Assembly (NCBI GenBank): GCA_963733035.1
Contig: CAVTBU010000006.1
Location: 160,001-224,000, forward strand
Direction of reading: 5' to 3'
Length of the DNA stretch: 64,000 bases
DNA from: Pirellulales bacterium
Lineage (GTDB): Bacteria; Planctomycetota; Planctomycetia; Pirellulales; PALSA-1355
In this document: piece after piece, positions 36,318-45,290 of the stretch
How the letters are laid out: the number at the start of each line of letters is the position of its first letter
Position numbering within the stretch: position 1 is the stretch's first letter
The notes under the pieces: model-generated
Seen by the model: the letters and a program-made list of their open reading frames with translations, nothing else
Told to the model about the DNA's origin: nothing
Databases searched by the model: none
Translations under genes and position numbers: made by a program

Positions 36318-38009
36318 CTAGACGCGCTTGCTTAGCTTTTCGGTGAGCCGCTCGAGCGACTGGCTGTGATCCGCCTTGTCGAGCACGACGTGGATCAGAC
36401 TGACATTGCTGGTGTCGGCCCAGGCCGACTTGAGGGCCTGATCGAATTCACCCTCGGTGCGAACCAGGTAGCCGCGTCCGCCGCCATAGACTTCCGGCAG
36501 CTTGTGATAAGCCCAGGGTTGAATTTCGTTGAATTCAAACTTCCCGGGATGCAGGAACCGCTCGGTGCCGTAGCCGCCGTTGTCGAGCACGATGACGATC
36601 GCGGGGAACTTGTGCCGCACTAGCGTGGAGAGTTCTGTGCCGGTCATTTGAAATGCGCCGTCTCCGACGAGTACCACGGTGCGCAAATCGGGTCGGGCCA
36701 TTTGCGAGCCCAATGCTGCCGGCACCGAAAAGCCCATCGAAGTGTAATAGGCGGGGCTGATGAACTCGGTCCGACCGCGAATCACCAACTCGCTGGCCGA
36801 GAACAGAGCGTCGCCGATGTCGGCAATCACGATCGTTTCGTCGTTCAACGTTTCGTTCAAGCGCGCGATCATCCGTGAAATGCGGATCGGTTCCTCCGCA
36901 TTGATAATGAACTTTTCAACGCGATGCGGCAGGTCTGGTAGCTTGCGCTGGGGCGGTTGTGGACGCCGCGCGGCCAGCTCGCGGATGAAGTCCGGCAGCA
37001 GCACGTTATGGAAGTGATGGTGCCGAATTCGCAATTGCTCGCTCGTGGCGTAAATGCATTTGCTTGGATCGAGATTGGCGGTGTAAATCCCCAGGTTAAT
37101 GTCGGTCATGAACGTGCCGAGCAATAGCACGCAATCGCTGTCCTCGATAAACTTCGTCACGGCGTCGTTGCCCATCGCCCCTTCGTACAGGCCGACGAAC
37201 AACGGGTGCGTCTCGGAAATGATGCTCTTGCCGAGCACGGTCGTCGTAATTGGAATCTGCGATCCCTCGGCCAGGGCGAGCAATTCGTCCTGGAGAGCGA
37301 AGCGATGGATCTCGACGCCGCCGACGATCGCCGCCCGCTGGCAACTGTTCAGCCACCGCTCGGCTTCGGAGACCGCCTCGGCCAGGGCCTCGGGGTCGCT
37401 CACCAGGTGTGTATCCTGGAACCGATGCGGCATCTCAGGCACCACGCCCACCATGTCGCGCGGAATTTCGATGTAGACCGGTCGCTTGTAGCGAGCCGCG
37501 GCATGCAATACGCGGTCAATTTCTTGAAACGCCGTCTGCGGGTCGGTCAGTTCCGTACCGGCAATGCACAGCTTTTCGAAGACGTCGTACTGCGTGCGAA
37601 AGTCGCGCACCCGGTGGTGCAATAGCGGATTGTTGTGCCGTTCTTTCAGGCCGGGCGAGCCGGTGATTACGACCACCGGAGATTTTTCGGCATAGGCACC
37701 GGCAACGCTGTTGCACAGGCTCAACCCGCCCACGCAGTACGTAACACAAAGTGCACCCATACCATGAACGCGGGCATAGGCATCGGCGGCGAAGCCTGCA
37801 CAGTCCTCGCGCGTCGTTGTCACGACCTCGAGTGGGCTGCGATCGAGCATTGAATAGAACTGCAGAACATAATCTCCCGGAATGCCAAACACATGGCCGA
37901 TGCCATAGTCCTGAAGGCGGCGAATCAGGTAGTCGCCAATCGACAGACCCGTGACAGCCGCCGGAGGCGCCGGACGCAAGGGACGGACGGCAGTGATTTC
38001 TGTTGCCAT
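36318..38009 (-). CDS. ThDP-dependent alpha-keto acid decarboxylase (pyruvate/indolepyruvate decarboxylase family)
   Basis: FGIPGDY, AADAYAR, LLHH, GDGAFQMTG...NGGYGTER ThDP motif; start MATEIT after GAGGA. Confidence 0.92.
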   Translation of the reverse strand: MATEITAVRPLRPAPPAAVTGLSIGDYLIRRLQDYGIGHVFGIPGDYVLQFYSMLDRSPLEVVTTTREDCAGFAADAYARVHGMGALCVTYCVGGLSLCNSVAGAYAEKSPVVVITGSPGLKERHNNPLLHHRVRDFRTQYDVFEKLCIAGTELTDPQTAFQEIDRVLHAAARYKRPVYIEIPRDMVGVVPEMPHRFQDTHLVSDPEALAEAVSEAERWLNSCQRAAIVGGVEIHRFALQDELLALAEGSQIPITTTVLGKSIISETHPLFVGLYEGAMGNDAVTKFIEDSDCVLLLGTFMTDINLGIYTANLDPSKCIYATSEQLRIRHHHFHNVLLPDFIRELAARRPQPPQRKLPDLPHRVEKFIINAEEPIRISRMIARLNETLNDETIVIADIGDALFSASELVIRGRTEFISPAYYTSMGFSVPAALGSQMARPDLRTVVLVGDGAFQMTGTELSTLVRHKFPAIVIVLDNGGYGTERFLHPGKFEFNEIQPWAYHKLPEVYGGGRGYLVRTEGEFDQALKSAWADTSNVSLIHVVLDKADHSQSLERLTEKLSKRV

Positions 38010-38108
38010 GACACTCTTCCTCTGTTGCTCTAGGCGAGTTGGCACGCGGTGATGGGGAGTTGGCACGTCGTCGTCGGCTGCACTATGAACCAACGGCGGC
38101 GCGGCGAA

Positions 38109-38117
38109 TTATCCACA
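38109..38117 (+). promoter_or_regulatory. Single perfect DnaA box
   Basis: TTATCCACA in the intergenic region upstream of the decarboxylase; function not established. Confidence 0.3.
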
Positions 38118-38360
38118 AATCAAGGATATGGAACAATTCGGATCTACGGTTTCTTCTACGTAATGAAATCCGCGAGGGGTCGCACGTCGATTGCGAATCA
38201 CGTGAGCGCAAGACCTGTTGCAGACGCGTGTTCGAGCGGGTCGTGCCGCGCGAAATTCGAGCGTTGGAACGCCTCGTCTCGAGCGTCTACCCTGCCACGA
38301 CAGTTGGCGGTTGTGACTTACCGAGCGGTCGGCGCAACAAACGCCCGTGAAAACGACTCT

Positions 38361-38570
38361 TTAGGAACGCCGGTTCGGTTTTTGCGATCGCAAGAGCAGG
38401 GCCCAGAAGCCCAAAAAGATGCCGACGCAGACCAGGACGATCAGGGCACCGAGGGGATTCAGTCCATACCAAAGCACGCCGCCGGCAATATAGAGCCCCC
38501 ATAGCAGCAACCCCGCGAAGATCAGGGTCAGGATCGTTCGTGGCGACATCGGCTGACGAGTGTCGGTCAT
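38361..38570 (-). CDS. Small two-TM membrane protein
   Basis: Two long hydrophobic helices and a basic C-terminus. Confidence 0.7.
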   Translation of the reverse strand: MTDTRQPMSPRTILTLIFAGLLLWGLYIAGGVLWYGLNPLGALIVLVCVGIFLGFWALLLRSQKPNRRS

Positions 38571-38806
38571 GGTAACGCGGGCCGCAGGAGGGTGATGAGA
38601 TTCAGGCCACAAACGACCCGACTGTTACAACCATAGCTTTTTGCCCCGCCGAAACAAGGGCCGAGAAAGTACCCGAAATCAGGCGTCCGTCCGGAGAATT
38701 CGCACCAACCGGTATTCGCGGATGTCCCTGGTGATAGAATGCAAAATCGCCTCGTCGGCGTTCACTTTGGACGTCGCTTTGCCCGCACTTCAATTCGCGT
38801 CCTACC

Positions 38807-40833
38807 ATGTCCATCCGCAAGGGAAATTCGAAGCCGATGCCGCCCGTTCTCGGGCGAACCGGGGAGGGCGGTTTGCCGGTGGTGGAAGTGCGCCCGCGTC
38901 CCACGCCGCCGTTGCCAATGAGCCGCGCCGAAATGGACGAGCGCGGCTGGGACGAAGTGGACGTGGTGTTCGTGACCGGGGATGCGTATGTCGATCACCC
39001 GAGTTTTGCGATGGCACTGTTGGGGCGGTTGCTCGAAAGTGAGGGCTTTCGGGTGGCAATTCTGAGCCAGCCCGACTGGCGCAATTGCCAGGCTTGGCGG
39101 ACGTTTGGTCGGCCGCGGCTGTTCTTTGCCGTCAGTGCCGGCAACATGGACTCGATGATCAACCACTACACAGCGAATCGCAAGGTGCGCAACGACGACG
39201 CCTATAGTCCCGACGGCGCGATCGGTCGCCGCCCGGATCGGGCCACGCTCGCCTATTGCCAGCGTTCGCGAGAGGCGTACCCTGGTGTGCCCGTGGTGGC
39301 AGGCGGCGTGGAGGCCAGCTTGCGGCGGATCGCGCACTACGACTACTGGAGCGACAAGGTCCGTCGTTCGATTCTGCTCGATTGCAAGGCCGACCTACTG
39401 GTGTTCGGCATGGGGGAGCGGGGGATCCTCGAAATTGCGCGGCGGCTGCGCGACGGCCAAACCGTGCGCGATTTGCGCGACATGCGCGGTGTGGCGTATC
39501 GACTAGGCGCAAGGAAACTCCACCTACGGAAAAGACTCTCGAGCTTCCCAGCTACGAGCAGGTGTCGAGCGACAGGTGGGCTTTCGCCGAGATGACGAAG
39601 ATCGCTCACAATGAAACGAATCCCCATAACGCCAGGCGGCTTGCGCAGTATCACGACCGTGAATGCGTGGTGACCAATCCGCCGGCCTTGCCCCTTTCGC
39701 AAGCGGAGATGGACCGCGTCTATGGGTTGCCCTTTACGCGCAAGCCTCACCCCAGCTACGGCAAGCGTCGGATTCCGGCCTACGAGGTGGTGAGGGATTC
39801 GGTGCAGATCATGCGGGGATGTTTCGGCGGCTGCACCTTCTGTTCGATCACGGCACACGAGGGCCGCATCATCCAAAGCCGCAGCCAGGCATCGATTTTG
39901 GGTGAGATCCGCCAGATGGCGGCCGACCCGCAGTTCAAGGGTGTCGTCAGCGACATTGGTGGGCCGACGGCCAACATGTATGAGATGCGTTGCACGCGAC
40001 CCGACGTGGAGGCCAAATGCCGCCGGCTGAGTTGCGTGCATCCGACGATATGCAAACTGCTCGGTACCGATCATGGGCCGCTCGTACAGCTGATGAAGGC
40101 GGCCCGTCAGGAGCCGGGTGTCAAAAAAGTGCTGGTGGCTTCGGGCATCCGCATGGATCTCGCGCGGCGAAGCCCCGAGTACATGCGCGAACTGGCCGAG
40201 CATCACGTGGGAGGACATTTAAAGGTCGCTCCCGAGCATACCGATGCCAACGTGTTGGCGCTGATGAAAAAACCGGCGACCGAGGACTTCGAGAAATTTG
40301 ACCACGAGTTCAAGCAGGCATCGCGACGGGCTGGAAAGACACAGTTTCTGGTTCCGTATTTCATCGCCAGTCATCCGGGCAGCACGCTTGATTCGATGAT
40401 CGAACTGGCCTTGTTCCTCAAAAGGAACCACTATGAGCCGGACCAGGTGCAGGATTTTATTCCCAGCCCGTTCGACATCGCGGCCTGCATGTACTACGCG
40501 GGGCTCGATCCTTTCTCAAAGAAACCGGTCTATATCGCTCGGCATTTGCGCGACCGGAAGTTGCAGCGGGCTCTGATGCAGTTCTTCAAGCCGGAGAACT
40601 ACTTTGAGGTTCGCCGCGCCTTGGAGCAGGCCGGGCGGCAAGATTTGATCGGCAGCGGCTGCGACTGTTTGATTCCCGAGCGGCCACCCTCGGCCGCGCT
40701 CGACCGGCGGCGAAACCGGGCCAATCGGCAGCTTCGCGAACAAACCAGCGGCGATCACATTCGTGGTGGTCCGGCGGCTGGCTATCGGCCGAAGCGGAAG
40801 ACGGCCGCCAAGCGCAATCGTCGTCGCGACTAA
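38807..40833 (+). CDS. YgiQ (UPF0313) family radical SAM protein (frameshift at ~39511)
   Basis: [33 protein letters not shown] (CxxxCxxC), [23 protein letters not shown]. Confidence 0.93.
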
Positions 40834-40858
40834 CTTTGCCGTCATCCCATCGCATTCC

Positions 40859-41714
40859 ATGTTTTCCAGCGACGCCTACGAATTGCTCGATTTCGGCAAC
40901 GGCCGCAAACTCGAGCGTTTCGGCACGTATGTTCTCGATCGTCCGTCGCCGGCGGCCGAGGGACTCGAACGACGACGGCCGGAACTTTGGAGCGCAGCGG
41001 CCGCGCGTTTCCAACGCATCGACGGAGGCGCAGGTTCGTGGGCTTGTCGCGGTTCATTGGCAGCCCCCTGGACGGTGCGGTTTGGCGGAGTCACCCTCGA
41101 GCTTAAGCTCACGGACTTCGGACATCTCGGCATTTTTCCCGAACAGGCTGAGAATTGGGAGTGGATTGCGGAGCAGGTTCGGCAGGCTGGCCGACCCAAG
41201 GTGCTTAACTTGTTTGCCTACACGGGAGCCAGCTCACTGGTTGCGGCGGCGGCTGGGGCCGAAGTAGTGCACGTGGACGCGGCCGCGAATGTCGTCGCTT
41301 GGGCGCGGCGCAATGCCGAGGCGTCGGGTCTGGCCGACGCACCGGTTCGCTGGATCGTCGAAGACGCGACGAAATTCGTCCGTCGAGAGCTTAGACGCAA
41401 GCAGACCTACGATGCCGTGTTGTTGGATCCGCCTGCCTATGGTCACGGCCCCGGCAGTCAGCACTGGAAATTGGACGAGCATTTGGAAGGATTGTTGGCC
41501 ATGTGTTTCGAGTTGTGCCGGGAGCGACGACAATTCATGCTGTTCTCGTGTCACACGGGCGATTTGGCCACGGCCAAGGGCCTGTTGCGGTTCGTTCGAA
41601 GGCAGCATGGTTCTGAAGACGGATGGGTCTCGCGCCAGTGACATGGAACTGGTCACCGCGGCCGGTGACCGGCTGCACGCGGGCGCGGCGGTGCGATGGA
41701 GTCACGACGCGTAA
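40859..41714 (+). CDS. Class I SAM-dependent (RlmI/RlmK-like) methyltransferase (frameshift at ~41630)
   Basis: YELLDFGNGRKLERFG, GHLGIFPEQ, LNLFAYTG, LDPPAYG; C-terminus in a second frame. Confidence 0.87.
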
Positions 41715-41731
41715 AACGTCATGGCGGCTTT

Positions 41732-42535
41732 ATGGCGGATCAAACCATTACGAGTTTGCAGAACCCGCGGGTCAAAGAGGCCATTCGCTTGCGCTCTGCG
41801 CGGCATCGTAAGAAGCAGCAGCGATTCCTGATCGACGGCGCAAGGGAACTCTTGCGGGCCATCACGGCTGGTATGCCGCTCTGTGAAGCGTTCATTTGTG
41901 AATCGCTGTGCGCGTCGCCCGACAGTCGTCAGGCGGTGCAACTCTTGCATCAGGGGCGAACCGAGTGTTGGCACGTCAGCGCGGAGGTATTCGCCAAGCT
42001 GTCGTTTGGCGAGCGGCAGGAAGGGGTGCTGGCAATCGCTCACACGCCGAGGCAAGAGTTAGCGACACTTGAAACGAGGGGTTCGGGGCCGATCATCGTG
42101 ATCGAAGGGGTCGAGAAGCCCGGCAACGTCGGGGCAATTTTACGTAGCTCCGATGCGGCGGGAGTTTCGGCCGTGATCGTGGCGGAACCGGCGACGGACC
42201 TACTTAACCCCAATTGTATTCGGGCCAGTTTGGGGGCTGTGTTTACGGTGCCGACTTGTACGACAACCTCCGTGGCGGCGCTTGATTGGTTGCGGCAACG
42301 CGGGGCGAAGATGTTCGCCGCCCGGGTGGATGGTCGAGTAAATTATACCGACTCGGACCTGAGGGGGAGGTGTGCGATCATCTTGGGAAGCGAAGCAGAA
42401 GGACTGTCGACGGTTTGGCAGGCCGCGGACGTGACGGCGATTCACCTGCCGATGTATGGGGTGGTCGACAGTCTAAACGTTGCTGCCGCGGCGAGCGTGT
42501 TGTTATACGAGGCACTTCGACAGCGAGCGGACTAA
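41732..42535 (+). CDS. TrmH/SpoU family RNA methyltransferase
   Basis: ITSLQNPRVK, EKPGNVGAILRS, GSEAEGL, LPMYGVVDSLNVA SPOUT motifs. Confidence 0.93.
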   Translation: MADQTITSLQNPRVKEAIRLRSARHRKKQQRFLIDGARELLRAITAGMPLCEAFICESLCASPDSRQAVQLLHQGRTECWHVSAEVFAKLSFGERQEGVLAIAHTPRQELATLETRGSGPIIVIEGVEKPGNVGAILRSSDAAGVSAVIVAEPATDLLNPNCIRASLGAVFTVPTCTTTSVAALDWLRQRGAKMFAARVDGRVNYTDSDLRGRCAIILGSEAEGLSTVWQAADVTAIHLPMYGVVDSLNVAAAASVLLYEALRQRAD

Positions 42536-44484
42536 TCGAGCAGCCATTGAGTCATCTCGGACAACCAAGCAAGGTCGAGCGACTCGACAATCTCACTCAG
42601 CGGCTGGCCGATCGACGCATCTTCGAGCATCTGGGCGAGGACCAGGTCGCGAGAACGCACATCCGATGATTGACGTGCCACCAACTGCCAGTCGGGGTCA
42701 AGCTGGATTGCAGTGGATTCGTTGTCGATGCGAATGCGCGGTCGTTGACTGCCGATGCCGAAGCCAACGGCGTTGAGTTCTGACGTGGGGACCGCGACTG
42801 GGGCCGCGGCACTCGTGCTGACGTCGATCAGCGCTAGAAAACCGGTCGATAGGCGAGCAATAATCTGGTCATTTGCATTGACCAGTTGATCGCGATTGAA
42901 GTCGTACGGGCTTGTGATCGGTTCGTCAAAACCAGGATTGAGGCGAACCGCGATTTCGTCGCTGGCATTGGTCACAGCGAGGCCGGCGGGGTCGAATCCG
43001 GCGTCGCCGATACGGTTTCCGAAATAGAACACGTCGGAGGCGGATAGACCGGTATTGGTATCGGAGCCGCCTATCGCGTCATTTCCTTTCAACGTAACTT
43101 CGAGCCAAGTGTTGGAGATGGCGCCATCCGGCCAGGTGATTTCAATCCGGTCGCTGCCACCCACGCCCGCGCCGGATCGCACGGAGATCGATGCGGGGGC
43201 CGGAGCGGTGGCCCAAGTGCCGGGCGAATTGCTGGTGCCGACCTTGAAAGCGAAGTCGCTGGCCGTGATCGTGCCGTGCGTGCTGGCCAGATCAACCATG
43301 ATGCCGTTAATTCCGCGCACGTAATTGGTCACGCTGGCCAAGGTGGCCGAGCCGCTGTCGGGCAAATAGGCCGTCTTGTCCGTGGCGATGGCAAGATCGT
43401 CGGAGGCGTTGATGCTGCTGTTGTTGCCGTCGAAATTCGAGTTGTTGTAAAACACTTGCTGATCAGCCACGCCAATGGTCGAAAGGATTTCATTTCGATA
43501 GGCGGATAAATCGATCATGAGTGTGAAGTTGCCGTAGAGCGCCGTATTGCTCGGCTGACCGCTCAACGGACCACTAATCGCGATCATGAGCCCCGACAAA
43601 ACCCATTTTCCATTGACGAAAGAGAAGACGGCGCCGCCCGAATCGCCGTTGCTGCCTTGCGCTTCATTGGGGAGACCCACCTGCCCGGTAAACGGCAAGT
43701 AGTCGAACTGGGTCGTAAAGCCCGTGATCGTGAGGCTGCCGGCCGTGACGGACAACCCGGTTAGGTCGACGTTGTTTTCTCCCCAACGGACGGCGTGCGC
43801 GCCGGTGATGGAGACGCCTGCGTAGTTGTTGCTGTTCGGATGGGCCGGCTCGGAGATCTCGGTCCAGACCCACGGCGACTGCGTCTTATTCACGCTCCAG
43901 AATAACTGTTGGTTGCGCGTGAGGCCGTTGCCGATCATGAACACGTGACCGCTGGGCGCCGTCGTCGCGATATATGACGAGAGAAGCTCGGGCACTTGCG
44001 GCTCGCCCTCGACGCGAAACATTTTTAGGTCGGTAAGGCTATTGTCAGCGTTGTGAAGTTGATGCACCGACGACATGTCGACGGTGTAGCTCGTGCCGCC
44101 AAAATTAATCGACGACGTCAGCGCCACGTGGCTGGCGGTGATCGCCCATCCGGCCCCCAGGTAGACCACCGTGCCGTAGTTGCCGCTGCTGCTGACGTTG
44201 GCAAAACCCGGCAAGCTCGGATCTCCCGGGCCGCCGGCGGCCAGCAAGCTGGCCGCGTCGGTATTGTCGTTGCCCGCCGCAACCAAGACAGCCGGGTCGG
44301 CAACCGGCGGCGAACTGTCGCCTTGCTGGGTCGCCGATTGGTCGAGGTCAACCAACGGCACCCATGGCGACGTTGTGGAAAGAACGCGACGTTCCTCCAG
44401 TGGTTCGAGGCTCAACGAAACTGCGTTACGAATAGGTGGAGTGCCCAAACGTCGTCGCGCCCACGACAATTGGTTTCGCTTCAT
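42532..44484 (-). CDS. Planctomycete extracellular protein with trypsin-like serine protease and dockerin/EF-hand-like C-terminal region
   Basis: N-terminal LEPLEERRVLS motif; triad ITASH / TDL / GDSGG; FYNNSNFDGN...DDLAIATDK module; DFNRDQLVNAND Ca-binding-like motif. Confidence 0.85.
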   Translation of the reverse strand: MKRNQLSWARRRLGTPPIRNAVSLSLEPLEERRVLSTTSPWVPLVDLDQSATQQGDSSPPVADPAVLVAAGNDNTDAASLLAAGGPGDPSLPGFANVSSSGNYGTVVYLGAGWAITASHVALTSSINFGGTSYTVDMSSVHQLHNADNSLTDLKMFRVEGEPQVPELLSSYIATTAPSGHVFMIGNGLTRNQQLFWSVNKTQSPWVWTEISEPAHPNSNNYAGVSITGAHAVRWGENNVDLTGLSVTAGSLTITGFTTQFDYLPFTGQVGLPNEAQGSNGDSGGAVFSFVNGKWVLSGLMIAISGPLSGQPSNTALYGNFTLMIDLSAYRNEILSTIGVADQQVFYNNSNFDGNNSSINASDDLAIATDKTAYLPDSGSATLASVTNYVRGINGIMVDLASTHGTITASDFAFKVGTSNSPGTWATAPAPASISVRSGAGVGGSDRIEITWPDGAISNTWLEVTLKGNDAIGGSDTNTGLSASDVFYFGNRIGDAGFDPAGLAVTNASDEIAVRLNPGFDEPITSPYDFNRDQLVNANDQIIARLSTGFLALIDVSTSAAAPVAVPTSELNAVGFGIGSQRPRIRIDNESTAIQLDPDWQLVARQSSDVRSRDLVLAQMLEDASIGQPLSEIVESLDLAWLSEMTQWLLD

Positions 44485-45045
44485 TGCGATCCGACTTGCT
44501 AGGGGTAGTGGTTTAGTTTGCCGCCAGCGCACGTCGGAGAGTGGAATTTGCGCGGCGGTCGATGGAAATGGTTTGCGAGTCCGCCGCGGCCCCTGCGGAT
44601 CGGACCTAATAGATCGGTATCAGAAATGCCGCGCCATCCATCTTTGCCAATAAAATACCGTAAACTCGTTTGACAGGGCAAGCGAATTCTTCGGCCACCG
44701 GAAAGTTTGTGTGAGCGTCTGGAATGTGGGTGGAAAATCGTGGCGGTTGGTAAGCTGTCGAGTGGGGTTACCTATTTTCCGTGCAGTGGAGGCATCACGA
44801 TGGACCGGCCGATTCGGGGTGAGGCGGTGCTGAACGAGGACGAACGTCGGATTTTTGAGCGATTAAGGGCCGTTATTTGAGCAGGAGCGACTACGGATGG
44901 CTCCGACGCCGTCTGCCACCAACGCGCCCTGTACCTGAGCCAGCCCGGCGAGCGGGAATCCTGCTGGAAAAACCACCCAAACGAACCACGATCGTGACGC
45001 TCGCACGAATTGACGAATGCTCCCGCCAGCGCTGGCGACAGTGGC

Positions 45046-45261
45046 TCAGGTTGTGCGGTAGGGAGGTCGGGCGCTTCGTCGGAAACGTCCGGCAAGCAAA
45101 ACACCGGCGGGGAGCGATGCGATGGAGAGCGCCCAACTCGACGGCTCCGGAATCTGTGCGATCCATGCTTCCGTCTGTCCGTTCGGGTTGAATCCAGTGC
45201 CGGTAATCGTGTGTCCGTCGGCCGAGACTCCCCAGGCGATAGTCAGCTCCCAATGACTCAG
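45046..45261 (-). pseudogene. Orphan C-terminal fragment of a PEP-CTERM (exosortase-target) protein
   Basis: WELTIAWGVSADGHTITGTGFNPNGQTEAWIAQ-IPEPSS, hydrophobic stretch, RFRR; no start or RBS of its own. Confidence 0.75.
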
Positions 45262-45290
45262 CGCGATCGCCCTCGCGAGCGGTGCAGCAG

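Noticed and set aside
38010..38360. TPP riboswitch upstream of the ThDP enzyme, or a replication origin
   Set aside because: No CTGAGA/ACCTGA TPP core is visible, and one DnaA box without a cluster or AT-rich unwinding element does not make an oriC.
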